A stretch of DNA of 64,000 bases from the NCBI GenBank assembly GCA_964247055.1, contig OZ176051.1, positions 13,206,001 to 13,270,000 of the forward strand, given 5' to 3'. Shown here piece by piece: positions 13,101 through 27,100 of this stretch. The notes under the pieces are model-generated. The model did no database searches and was not told where the DNA came from. It saw nothing but the letters and a program-made list of their open reading frames with translations. The DNA comes from Paragordius varius (taxonomy: Eukaryota; Animalia; Nematomorpha). Each line of letters opens with the position of its first letter. Positions within the stretch are counted from its first letter, which is position 1. A program made the position numbers and the translations under genes.

Positions 13101-16100
13101 CAAATTTGTCAAAAATTATTGATTAATATCATAATAAATGTTGTTATCAAAATATTTTAACTTTTTAAACTAAATGGTGCAATAAGAGTTTTGGCTGAAT
13201 TTACATGCAATCGGCAAAAAATTCATTGTGCTGATTTAGAGTATAAATATGTGCATATGTATCAAATAGCTATGGAAAATATGCCATTATGTTCATGGTC
13301 CTCGAAAATATATTTTATTTGGCCCGTAAATTTTTTTTGGTGAGTACCACTGGTATATATTATAGGGATTATTACCTAAATTGCTGAAATATCTCATTTG
13401 AAAGTTCTTATTATTTTGCATAATTAAAATTTAATATTAAAAAATCATTTAGGCGCCCCTAAATAACGGCGCCCGGGGGATGATGCACCCCCTTGCCCCC
13501 CCCCCCCCCTAGGTACGCCCCTGTGGCCCTGCGTCAAAGAAATTTTTTACACATTTGCGGCAAGTGCTCCATATCAAAAAATGTAATTATTGCGCACTTT
13601 TAAATAAAGTTTTTTTGGTGAAAGCAGGAGGCTACATGCCAACCACTAAAATATATTATAAACCTATACAAAATAAAACAAAATTTTAAAAATTGAATTA
13701 AATGTGGGTTCCTAAACTCCCAAATTTTTTTATCTTTTAAGCTATTTCTCTTAAAATGCCGGGATGGCGCCATAAAATTTGAATATAGGCTATATCAACT
13801 AAAAATATTAAAATGCATAAAATATTTATTTTTAGAAGCGTACTTTGTACTAGTTTGAGGCATGATGCAAACGGTATAAAAACGCTTTTTAGATATTATA
13901 AAAAAATTTTTTGATACAGTTTTATAATGCTAAATATTTCTATCGCACGTTCAGCATCTTCGAAGTTTTCATAATATTTTAAAGCGTTTTAAACTGTTTC
14001 CATTATGGCCAAAAATAGTATGAAGTACGCTTCAACAGAATTTTCTAAAAATTAAATTATAAAAAATTTTGCATTTTTTATAAAATATATTTAGTCGATG
14101 TCAAAACTTAGCGTATTTAATAAAATTATGTTGTGCTCCCATTTTTGAGTTTATTCAAAAAGACTAGCTCATTTTAGAAGAACTCAATGGGGCTTTTGGA
14201 GCTCACATAAAAATTATCTTAAAATATTGTTTTTCTTATATTATATGTAGTATATTATATATTTAAATGCATTTTCCTATCAGAATATAATATTTATATC
14301 AGGGCTTTTGAACCGTTAAGAAAAAAGTGGAACCGGAACCGAGGTAGTTCCTGAACAAATGGAACAGGAACCGCTTTGATAACTTAAAAAATTAGCGGTT
14401 CCGGAAGCGGTTCTTTACATTTAACGGTTCCATTTTCGGTTCTTAACTTTTGATTAAATGATTTTCAAAATTATTATTGTGATAATAAAACCAAAAAATT
14501 AACAGTTATAAATTAAACAATTTATTATAAATTGCCAAATGTATAGCGAAAGAAAAATATGTAGCATAATAAATGAAACAAATTATAAAAATATAATAGG
14601 AAAATGTATATAGTACAAAGGTATAAAATGAGAGTTAAATTAAGTATGGCATCTAAAAAAATCTTTATTTATCTTTAAAAAATTGGACCGAAATTCGCTG
14701 GTAAAACTGCGTCTCAAGTCTGAAAATAGAAAATTAAGGACGAAAAAACTTCTTTCAACGGACACCTCTATATACGAAAATATGTATTATAAATAAACTA
14801 GAGTTATGACTATTAGTTTTTTTAGAACAGCTGAATCGATCAAAATTCATAGAGTATGGGTGATATAATATTATGCTCAGTTGTAGGCTTAAAGTTTGAA
14901 GTGTAATATATAGTGGTACAATCAAATTTAAAAAATATATAAATTTTATGTAAAATGATATAGGGAACCAGTAATTAAAGGGGTGGAACCGGAACCGGAT
15001 TGGTTCCTAAATATTTATGGATAGAACCAAGGTGGTTCCTGACATTTTGGAATCGGTACCGGGGTGGTTCCGGGAGAAGTGGAACCGGAACCGCCTTGGT
15101 TCCATCCCAATGGAACCGGTTCTTGTTAAAACCCAGAAACCTGGTTCCGGTTCCAAGCCCTGATATATACATCATCAGGTTATTTTTTTACCCCCGATTT
15201 TGGACGCGGTGTAATTAATAATTTAATTTTTATCCAAGTTTAATTCTTCTTATTAATGATGCAATACTTTTTATCGATTTCTTTAGTATAATATAATCTT
15301 TTAGAATATGGAAACGGCTTTGCATATGGTATCAAGATTGCCAGATGAAGAAAAATGTGCCGAAATATTGATTAAGAGTGGAGCCAATATTGATGCTTCA
15401 CAACTGGTTTTATTAATATTAGTCTTATTCCAAATGAAATTTAGGGGTTTACACGGAAAGGTTCGACTATTATTTCTAGCAAACGATCTTTTCGGTATTC
15501 AGTATGTTTTCTGTGCTAACCTAATATCGGACATGCAGCATTAAATTTTATTAATTATTTTTTGACTTCATATTCCGTTTTATATTACATCTTATAAAAA
15601 TGTCTAAATAAGGCTATTTCCTCATAATGGCTTTTTGTATTGATTTTCAGAACAATGAAACAGCATTACATCTAGCTGCATTCGGGAATATTAGGATTGT
15701 TAACCTTTTACTACGAGAACAAGTGAATGTGTATGCTATAAATAAGGTAATAATATTTTACTATTGTATACCTATCCAATTGAAAAGACTTGTTCAAAAT
15801 ATTACTAAAATTTGGTGACCATATTTACTAAATTTTGGAAATTGCATTTATTTTTAATTTTTTGCGGACCGCATAAGATATTTCGGCGCTCGTATTGAAA
15901 ACTCCTGTTTCAAAACATGGATAATCAATATCTTCACTAACACTTGTTCTTCCCGGTAAAATCAAAACTTCCTATGAAAATGTATTTTCAAAAATACTCT
16001 TACAAAATCTTAGTTATATTGAAAATAATATAATTTCTCTAAAATTATATATAATAACGATACATTACACTGAAAATTTATATTTATTGCTTTTAAACAG

Positions 16101-19100
16101 TATAGATTGCGTGATAAGTGTGAATTAATTTATTAGGCCGATTATTAACGTAACCTATCTTTGAATTCTTAAAGCAGGTCGGTTCTTTATGGCAAAGATG
16201 CCAAACACAAATGGCTTGCAAGTCGCATTTTAAACTCATAAACCGGCCGGATGCTATTAAATAACAAATAACCACAATCCAATTTATTATATATCTATTA
16301 AATACTCTAAAAAAATAATTCGTCAAACAATCAAAGGTATTGATATTTTTAAGAGGAAATTATATTGATTAATATTTTATTTTACAAATGTAAACAAAAT
16401 ATTTTGGCAAATTATAAATTTCATTTGGTTTTTTATAAATTATATGCAGGCAGCACAGAAGTCGGATGGCCGCCTGCCCTTTTCGTCTTGCAAAAATATC
16501 ATTTAAAGATATTATTGCAACGGTGGTGGCTATATTGATTTCGTATTTTTTAACAGAGAATTATTTTAAATTTAATTTTTTTATATGTCCATTTATCTTT
16601 TTGAAATTATTCTGCTGGATATTTTGCGCGTAAAATACGACCCGCTAAGCCATTTGTTTCGAGAACGTATGTTTTAAAATAATTATTGTGTAATAGGATA
16701 AAGAAACCGCCTTACATTTTGCTGTTATGGCTTGTCATGCTGAGATTGTTAAGACAATTCTCCAAAATGTTTTAGAAAGAGATGGGGAAAGCAAAGCAAA
16801 CCAATATGTTAACTACCCGAATTCTGTAATTTTTATATATTGATTCTATATTTCCACACAATATATATTTTTAAAGGAAGGAGAAACTGTTCTTCACAAA
16901 GCCGCTCAATTAACAACCATTGTCTCTCATTACTTAAATGAAGAAACTGAAATTATAGATACGCTTTTAGCTTATGGAGCCAACTTTAACAAAACTACCA
17001 TTAAAGTAAATACCCACAAAAACTCATAAATTTTGTAATATTCCCTTTTAAAAATCGTGTATAATATTTGTATTTAAATATTGATAGAATTTCATACTAG
17101 TGTCCAAAAAATATTAATTTATAGTTAAGAGAAACGCCCCTACATTACTGTGCTAAAGCCGGAAATTCGGAAGTTCTTGCAATCATGTTACGGAATATAC
17201 CAACTGAAAATATATCAGCCATCGTCAACTTGCAAGATAAAGTTGGATGGACTCCTTTAATGGTTGCAAGCAAATATGGGAGTTTAAGGGCTGTTCAGCT
17301 TTTATTAAAATATCAAGCTCGTGTAGATGTATTTGATGAAGTAATTATAAGTTTTTCGAATGTTTTTATCAAAAATCGGTAGAACTAAGTTAATCTGGTT
17401 ATGATGCATTTTTGTAATCAAGGATACATTAAAATAACAAGGCCAAATTTTTCAAAATCTGTATATCACGTCATAGTCATATGTATGGATAAAATAAAAT
17501 TTTATAATAACTAAAAAAATGCTATAATTTTTATCATATTTTAATTTGCCCTAAACCATAGTAATTTCGTCATATATTTGGTCTCGTCATACATTTCTAA
17601 TAGTGGTTAAAACAAAAGGAATTGACTGCAGTCCTAATGGATCAAACCGGTTTTATAATCAAACCCCACTCTAAACCATACTGTTGTTATTAATAAATTT
17701 AATTTAATTTTTATTTTATTATTTAACTCATTATTCGCATAGTTTTCATCATTGTTAACTTTTTATTTATTACACATCGATACTTATCAAACGTTCTCAT
17801 ATTAGGAAGGTAAAGCTGCTCTCCATCTAGCATGTGAGAACGGTCATGAAGCCATTGTGGATCTTCTAGTGACTAACAAAGCTTATGTGAACGTTAAATC
17901 AAAACTAGGGACCACACCTCTACACTTAATAGCTTTAAATGGTTATGACGCATTAACCAAAAAACTCATAGAGTACGGGGCTAACGTCTCCACCCAAGAT
18001 CTGGTATTATTTCAATCTTATATGGTAATTTAAAAATTCTATGAAATTATAAGATTAAACAAGATAATATTACCGATACCTGATTTATATAAATAACTGT
18101 GAATCGCACATGCCCAATCCATTAAATACAGTTTTGACTTTACACACTAATTTGGATTTATTTTGAATTCTCTTATAACTTTCAGAGATAACTAGGAGTG
18201 TTTCTTTTCTCTTAGTTTTATACAAAAGTTTATTCATCAATTATAGGATAAAAAGACACCCTTACATTTGGCAGCTCAAAACGGGCAAGTGGATGTGTGC
18301 AAAACATTACTCGTATACTCTGCTGACCCTTTTATATATGATTCAAACGGATACGCACCCATACATCTTGGGGCCAAAAATAATTATTGCGATGTTATTG
18401 AGATTTTTCTAAGTCAGTACCCAGATATGTCCACCATACTTACAAAGGTAATTAATATTTATAACCAGAGGCGTAGCTTGCATTTCTGGCGCCCAGTGCA
18501 GAAATCCATGATGGCGCTCTCCTCCCCCTCCATGAAATTGCATTTTTAAATAATAATCAAATATATTATTTGACTTAACACTTCGATTTATGGGGTATAT
18601 AAATACCCCAGATTATTAAGTTGATATTTTTTAATTACTGAAAGAAACGGCAATTAAAATTTATGCTTTTACCTGATATAAAAAAGCCGAAATATCCAAA
18701 TTTTTGAATGGAAAGTTCCATATCAAACTACTTCGATGCCATTTTTTCTTTACAATTTTTGCATATCATGTTTATTTAATTTTCAAGGTAAAATTAAAGC
18801 TAATTTTTCATTTTATCACATCTAACAGATAGAAAATGGGGTTTATTTTGTATTTTTTTTAATTTAGTTAATGACACATGTCACGTTGACAAATATTTAG
18901 CTGAGGTTTTACCTTAAAATAAATGATATCAAGTAGTTGTGAATTTTTATATATATCGGTTTATTAATGCTATATAATGCAAAATGCCATAATTTCAATC
19001 CATGATATATTTTTAGAATTAGTTTAAATAGGCCTGTGGTATTCACTAGCCCAATTTGAATATAGGACTGAAATGAATATGTTGTATCCAAATGTTAAAT

Positions 19101-22100
19101 ATCTATTTTTTAAAATAAATTACAATTTTTCCCCTTTAACTATGGCGTCGGTGCATCAGCCCTTCCCCCCCTAGTTACACCACTGTTTAACATCTATAAG
19201 TGCGTATATATATATGGAAAATAAAATTCTTATTGGCGATTATTAATTTATAAAATGTTAAATTAATAATTATCGTTAGTTTAATATGCCTGATCTTTAA
19301 AATTATTGAAAACTTTAATGATATATAGAAAATCAAAATTTCCTCGCAGAAACGCCATCTTTATGTGAAATATATAACAACCTGATTTACATTAAATGAT
19401 ATCTCATTAGTAGTAACAAGCCGGGATATGTACATAAGAAAACCGGTAATTTATTGAGGAAATTTAATAAAAAAACTATAAATCGTGTATTCAGATCGAA
19501 ACATTCTCAAAATAAAATGTGTTGCAAAGTTTCAACGTTTTAAATTTGTTTAATCAAATTAACTCGTCGTTAAAAAAAAATCTTTGGTCAAATATCTTAG
19601 TTAAAATTAGATAGAAACCAAGCTTAGACGAAAGATATTATATATTTATACCAATTTCATTTAATAAGATATCAATTATCTTCAACTTCAAATAATACAT
19701 TTTTCATAAGGATGGCAATACATGTGCTCATATTGCAGCTATGAAGGGAAACCTTGATGTAATCCGAACACTAATGAAGTATAATCCACATTCGGTTTTG
19801 CAAGTCAATCAAGTATATACGATAAATGTTTTATATTTTTTAAAAAACTCGAATACAAATTTTTAGGAGTTGTCAATTCCTTTGCACTTAGCAGCGCAAG
19901 AAGGACACGTTAACATAGTTAGAATTTTATTAGAAGCTGGCGCAATGCCCACTCAAGAGAATAAAGTAAGTTTTTGTGAATATATTTTAATCGATGCAAC
20001 AATAAATAATATTTGATAATCTATTCTTGTGTAGAATGGATACAATTCCTTACAATTGGCGGCGCAATCTGGGCAAACATCTGTGCTTAAAGCTATATTA
20101 GCCTTTTCACCAGCCATATCTACAGCTGTGAGCTCAAAATCGGGTTTAAACGCTTTGCACGTGGCTGCTAGGTCAGGCAAAATCGAATTTGTTCGAGAAA
20201 TGCTACCAAAAATTCCCGCTAATATTAAATCAGAACTAACGACCGATATAGCCAACCACAATAGAACATCCAAGGATAAAATTGATGTATAACAGCCGCG
20301 TATAGATTACTAAATTAACCAAAAAAAATATTTAAAGCTTTATTAATTTAAAATTAAGATCTTGGAAAATGAGACACGTAAAATACTGTGAATCTACATA
20401 TGAAAAAATATTGCTAAATTAAAATAAATTATTATTTTATTTTTATGAAAACTACTCCTAGAAATTCGATAACCTCCACCTTTTATTTTAAATTAATTGT
20501 TTTTCGAAAAAAATAAAGTTTGGATTGACACCTTTACATTTTGCTGCCCAATATGGACATGAAAGCATCGTGCGATTACTTCTAAATTCTCCTGAAGTGG
20601 AGGTTAATTTACCATCGCAGTTAATGGGCTATATTCCCTTGCATTATGCCGCATTAGGGGGACACACAAGTGTAGCCAGCATTCTTATTTCCAAATCAGC
20701 CCTTCAACTTCAAACTAAGGATAAAAGAGGACGAACACCTCTTCATATTGCTGCTTACAATGGCCAAACGGATATGGTGTCACTTTTACTTAGTCAGGGT
20801 ACCCGAGTGGATAGTCTTGATAACGTATACATTATAACTCTTTTATATATATGACATGCTCACATTTTTATTTTAGAATTCATGGACACCGCTGCATTTT
20901 GCCTCAAAAGCTGGTTACCTGGATATCGTAAAAAAATTAATCCAAGCCAATGCGTATCCACTAGCACAAACGAGTTCTGGTGACATTCCACTCACATTGG
21001 CGCAAGCAAACAATCACATATCCGTGTTTAGCTTTTTAGTCAAAAAAGAACATCCCATTTTTGAATTGCCAATGGAACAAAATTTTATATTTGACATGAT
21101 GGTATGTGGTCGGTTTTACAACAATCGTAACATTGTTGAATATGTGTTAAATTCACCCGCACCCATAGAAGTTGCTGTTATGTTGGCTAAAAGGTTAAAT
21201 GAATTTTGTGCATAATGGTTTAAACATTATAGCATTGGAAAGGATTTTGAACACGGTCATATTCCCCTTTTTTAAAAAATTAAATTGTTTAATTTATCAT
21301 TATGAAAATAATTTTTTTGTTTTTTAACATGATTGCTACAAATAAATTAGATAGTGGAAGAGATCATTTTGTTGTTATATTATATGACCAATGGTTTATT
21401 GTCTTTAGGCCTAGTTGAGCCTAAAAACCCTATATATGAATAGATTTAACGACACAGCTACACGAAACAAAGAAAGGGCACGTGAACTAAATCTAACCGG
21501 AACATATTGTGAAGCCATGGCCTATGAGTTAACATCATTGGCAGTCGAATTGGCTCCTGGTGGAGCGCGCTCGCTATTTCGAGCTTCAGATCATACAGGA
21601 CAACGTCAGCTAATTAATTTAATCCTACAAAACAAACTTAAAACCCTAACTAGTCACCCATCCATACAAATATGGCTTCCCCAGGTATGGGTGGATAGTC
21701 TTGCTGATTGGCCATGGTACTTCTGCTTTTCATAGCCATGCTCATTTTTCCACCCCTTTGGATAAGTTTAAGTTTACCTTGCTGCTATCGTTTGAATCGC
21801 AATCCTATCATTAAAGTATATTCTATTAAAATAATTTCCCAAAACACATGCATATTTTAATGTTGGTGTATAACATCCTGAGTTTAGTTTATATGTTATT
21901 TAGGTTCGCATGTAATATTTTGTTTGCTCCTGTTATCAGTCACTGCCTTTCAAATTTATAAACCATGGCAATCAACTTCGCTTATACCACATTGGAATGA
22001 ATGGCTCCTTTTGCTTTGGATAGTGGGAAATTTTGTTCAAGAAATATTTTCCCGCAACCAGATCATTGGATTAGGTTTAGATAGTCGTTTTAATTAATCT

Positions 22101-24050
22101 GTGGGACAGTGAAAAACATTTCCTTTATTACATTTAGGTTGGTTGAAAATCTTAATTTTACTGGTGTGCGGATTAGCTATCTTTGTTCATCTTATCGGAA
22201 TCTTTTTCCAAACAAGATCCAGATTAATGATATTAAGTACGCGAAATATAATTTTTTCTGTTGCCTTGGTCATAGCGCTAATACAATTCTTAGAATTTTT
22301 AAGGTAATGTAGTTTAAAAAATATTTTCATTTTTTTACACAATTTAGTTATAGGATGTTCAACATATTTTCTACATTTTATACAGTTTTGATGACCTATT
22401 TGGGCCCTGGGCAATTGTCATACGTGAATTAATAAGAGATATGTTAAGATTTCTTATTGTGTTAGCTTTTTTTTTGGCTGGATTTTCTTTTGCATATACA
22501 ACCATTTTCGTGCCCATGGTGCCCTTACAAACCCGTACTAATGCAGCTGGAGAAGGTTGTTTAAATCTGATTTGTAAAATTATATTTTAAACAATATTTT
22601 ACTCTATCTCATTGTTATCAGAATATTTTTTTAATTTGATCAACATGTTTTTCATAATAAACCATATATAATTTAATTTCTTTTAGTACTTCTATTATGA
22701 GTAATGTAATAGGGTTGCGCCTGATCGGTCAGAAACTAATAACCGGTCTTACCGCTTTACGCAATCATTGATGATTAACAGTCATTCTTGCCACAAATTT
22801 CATATATGCTGCAATTAAGCATAATAAATAATGTTAACAGTTTAAATACAATAAATAATTTATCAACAACAAGTAATAAAGATTTCATATTATTATTACC
22901 ATTTTTATTAAATTTTATAACATTAGTGTATATTGATTTGATATGGAATTGATAATATGATTAAAAGTATTTGTGGTTTTATTGGCGGCACAGTCATATG
23001 CATTCGTGACTGTTTAAATGCAGCCGTGTGGGTGTGTTAGATAAAGGTGGCTATAAAAATAATATATGATAAAATGGGCAAAAAGTATTTAAAGGGATTA
23101 AAAAAATTCTTAAATGCTGCATTTAAAAACATACAATCTTGACAAAAATAATGCATTTGTTATATTAATTCTACAGAATTATATAATACCAATTTTCTCA
23201 ACCCCATTCAAAGTTTTGAGGCATTGATTTTTGCACTGTTTGGAGTCCCTACACTCGACAAGTTTACTGTCCAAAATCAAACTCCCGCATACAGCTTTCT
23301 TTGGGCAAAAATAGTTTTTGGAGTATTTTTAATGGTGGCTTTAGTAGTGTTACTCACTTTGCTTATAGCCATGCTAAGTTATACGTATAATACTATACAG
23401 GTATATTAAATCTATATATTTATGAAAATGGATTAATTGTTTTTATTAAAAACCTTCTTTTTTGGCAAACAATCATCTAATTATGATAAATAATAAGACA
23501 TTCTAATTTGCATGACTTAAAAATAATGACGCGAACTTTGCAGGTCTTTAATTAAATATAACAAGATACAATCTGTTAAGCATGATTGATGCATATCCTT
23601 TACCCCTATTGGCTTCTCTGGGGCTGATGAATCAGAAATTCACTTTAGTTATCATATATGACTGGGAGCTTTAGTTATGAATATATGCTGTGAACATTTG
23701 AACAAGGCGGAGTTTCTTATATGGGGCCATGAAAAATGCGAATTCGTAGGCATGCATTAAATTGGTTCGGTGGAGTAATATTTAATTTTGAGAATTTTTA
23801 TTTTCACCAGCACGTTTGTCTTGAGATGATAGGGTGCGGCACGACTGCGTTTATATTGAATTCATAACACTCGAATTATTAAGATGCAAAGTAGCTGGCA
23901 TTGTCGGTTATGATGGCCAAGATTCAAGTTAGCGATATACCTATCAATTCAAATACTAATTAAATGGCTTTTAGTAAATCCATCCTTTAAGGCACTTATA
24001 CTTTCTCCAGTAGTAACCGTTCATTTAAACCTGCAATAAGCCGCTATCAG

Positions 24051-24101
<51 letters not shown>

Positions 24102-27100
24102 GTTTTGGATTGACAGCCTCGCTTTCAACCCATCGCATGCGTTCATTATACATTTCCGTCTTTAACACTGAACTGCAGTTTGGAATTTATTGTCAGCTTA
24201 GTATATATCTATTTATCTGGTGGATTTCTAACTCTAGGTTCTCTTAGTTAGGAAAATGACTAACTTTATTAATCTGTTTCCTAAAATTAATCCTATATTT
24301 GCTCCTGTATTTTTAAGTCATAAGGAGTTTAATTTTGCTAAAGTACGCGTATATGGCCGTAGTATTAATAACGAACGTATCACACTTACACTTCAAATTC
24401 ACCCTCGAACAATTCGAGACCCTAATAAATTATGCGTCTGTTAAGATTAAAAATATATATTTTTTTATTTTTTCAAAAAAAGTATTTGTTTAAAATTATA
24501 ATACTGAAAAAATAATAAGTTAAGCAACAAAGATATTTTATATTAATAATGAGTTATATTAGCCCGAAAACACATAATTTATTTTTAGTGTGAATTTGAA
24601 TTGTTTGAGAGTGAATCTAGGATATGAATTAATCAAGGCTGAATTTGAATTGTAAATGGATTTAAATGATTCCTTGCATGTTGTGAACCTTACTAATTGA
24701 TTCTTTGAAGAAAGCTGGGGTATGTCTAATTATTTTATGTTTTATAATTTCTTCATTTAGCCATTATTGGTTGTAAGAGTCTTGTAACTTTGTTTGAGAT
24801 TCATCACTGATTGTTGCTTCCACGAATCTACGCACATTGAATGCTTTTAATGAGGGAAAAGGACTTGTTCACAACTACCACATCATCATCGTAGTCGCTG
24901 TCGGTTATGAAGTCTAATATTCTTTTTGTCATACATTATATTCATTATATTTATATATAGATTTGGTATAAAAATGTTATCAGTATCTCTTTTTCTCAAT
25001 TAAAAAAAACGCTGTGAAAATCTCAAAATTCCATGATTTATACTTTGCTCAAAATTACTCCAAAATTTTGCCCTATTTATGGTAGTTTTTATAATTTTGG
25101 TAGGAAGGTATAATATTGATTGATTCAAGATATTATAAACACATTTATTAATAGCGGATTCAATGTTATAGGGAATCCGGAATTGTTATCTATAATAAAA
25201 AACTTACCCATTTTACGGATTCTAAATTGGAGAGTTTACGCGCCCATATCTAAATCATTTTGCATATAAATAATTTTAAACATATTTTAATAATGTTTTA
25301 AGTATCTATATTTCGCCATAAATTTTAATGTAGTGTGTGGAAAAAAATTTGCCATTTGATGTGTAATAATTACAAGGTATATGCATATATAAAATGCTAA
25401 AGTCGAATGAAAATCCCGATTCACTTATTATAATATGATATGCAGTATTAGTAGTATACATTGCTAAATTTTCATCAATTATTTTCAGATAGTATATAAA
25501 GCAAAAATTAATCCAATGATCCTATAGTTTTAATAATAATTCTCTTTGCAGCATTTTTGGCAATTATAAGATAATTATTTTTACTGTATATATTTCATAA
25601 CATATTGTCTATACTTCAATTTTGTGAACTGTGTTATCGATAATGAAATAATAATTGGCATGTGTTTTAATGAGTTTGAAAGATCTTTTATAGGGGATGG
25701 TATTATCTAGCATTTATGAAATAATTTAGTGTGAGTGTAATCGAAATTCAATGATACGATTGGATTAGAGACTTGTATAAAGTGATAGCTCCTGAGAGAT
25801 TGTAGTATGTTGAGTGACATTGTTTTGATGGTTGTCCAGATAGCTATTTGCCATACTTATAAATTATTTATCATCACTAATAAGCTTAATAATTTTGACG
25901 GATAATGGCAGTCATAATATATGAATTCAAGAACTATCAACCGATGAAGCTTGACGTAATTTTAGACCAAATTAAGATAAACCTTATAAAAATTATTTTT
26001 TTTCATCTAATAAAATAAATAAGGTAAACTTCTTTATTTATTTTGCTGATATTACATCATATTATTCTAAAACATACTGATTCAGCATAATCCAAAATTT
26101 TTGTTTGTTTATACCTTAATAAACTTATGGTTAGCGAAAAATAACAAATAATTCTTAAGAAGATTATTAGGGATAGTATTCCTAGCGTGATTTGACAGGA
26201 AAGCATCTCTGTTAATTATAACTCTAAAAGCTGTATTTTTTTAAGATATTTATCTAATTATATTTCTTATAGGAGGAATCAGATTTAGAATGGAAATATG
26301 GTAGAGGTCAGCTTATAATCAATACTGAAAAACAACCACCAGCTCCATCCCCTATCAATTTATTCACAAAATTATGGATTTTTTTCAAACTCTTATTCCG
26401 ATACGAATGTTAGTAATTTTAGATCTATTTAGCCTTTAAGGCCAAAATACTAGTTATAATACCAAAAAAGTTTTCTAACAAAGGTTAATAAATTATTCAC
26501 ATGGACTAAACACCGGGCGACGCGTTCATAAATCTAGGGAATATAAAATAAAATCCGGTTGCACAATAGTATCGCCATCCATATTCGTTAAGTAAGCCGT
26601 TCAAAAAAGTAAAATTAAATATGCATTTTTTCAATGATTATACGGAAAATAAGATCGGTAGTCAATTCATAAGTTTGGAAAAATTACCTAAATGAAAAAT
26701 GACTTAACTATGTGCAAATATTTTAATGTTTTTAGTTGGAATATTTTCCTTAACAAAAGAAACGTTTTTGAACGAGGAAGAAAAATTGCAATGTTTTCCA
26801 AGGCGTAAATTGCAACCTGTTGGAGGCGACCTATCTGTTTCTAGTGATATAATGCAACTTGAAAAGGTTTTTCCATTTATAAAATTAATTATGTAGGTAT
26901 TTTACTGAAGTTTTATTTATTTATTTTTAAGTAGAAGTGAATAAATGAAAAAGAAATTTTTTAATAATTTACAATATTTTCTTAGTGGCCACTGTAACAA
27001 GACATGGAAATATAGATGTTTATCAATCATAAGATCGATATATAAAAACTTCAGATACATTTTCGAAATGATAAATCCGGTTTTACTGTTTTTATCCAAA

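Larger units (their letters stand above)
11100..15211. mobile_element. Transib-like palindromic element hosting three nested hAT insertions
   Basis: The flanking pieces match the 52682-54436 family (gtgctccatatcaaaaaatg, ttttcctatcagaat, cccccgattttggac). The right end is GGACGCGGTG at 15211; the left boundary is approximate. Confidence 0.55.
1885..21193 (+). other. Ankyrin-repeat array of the TRPN gene (29 repeats, exons 2-20)
   Basis: Counting TPLH-type repeats per exon (1,1,2,1,1,2,2,1,1,1,1,2,2,2,1,1,2,3,2) gives 29, the canonical NOMPC number. All introns between exons 1 and 20 are phase 0. Confidence 0.9.

Noticed and set aside
14975-15218. Overlapping ORFs on both strands rich in GTG/VPVP
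   Set aside because: Products of the GGAACC repeats in a MITE end.
21194-21215. Exon 20 continuing as LNEFCA* or splicing at 21208
   Set aside because: The AG/GT donor at 21194 joined to 21444 gives AKRFNDTATRNKERA, which aligns without gaps to NOMPC.
21733-21771. Stop-codon reassignment as an explanation for the stops in exon 21
   Set aside because: Homology clearly moves to the -1 frame here, and no other in-frame stop occurs in about 1670 codons.
25620-25870. Minus-strand TLYKSLIQS fragment resembling a LINE RT C-terminus
   Set aside because: Too short and broken to call. A similar GC-richer patch at about 49330-49720 and one at about 8300-8850 also gave no recognisable motif.
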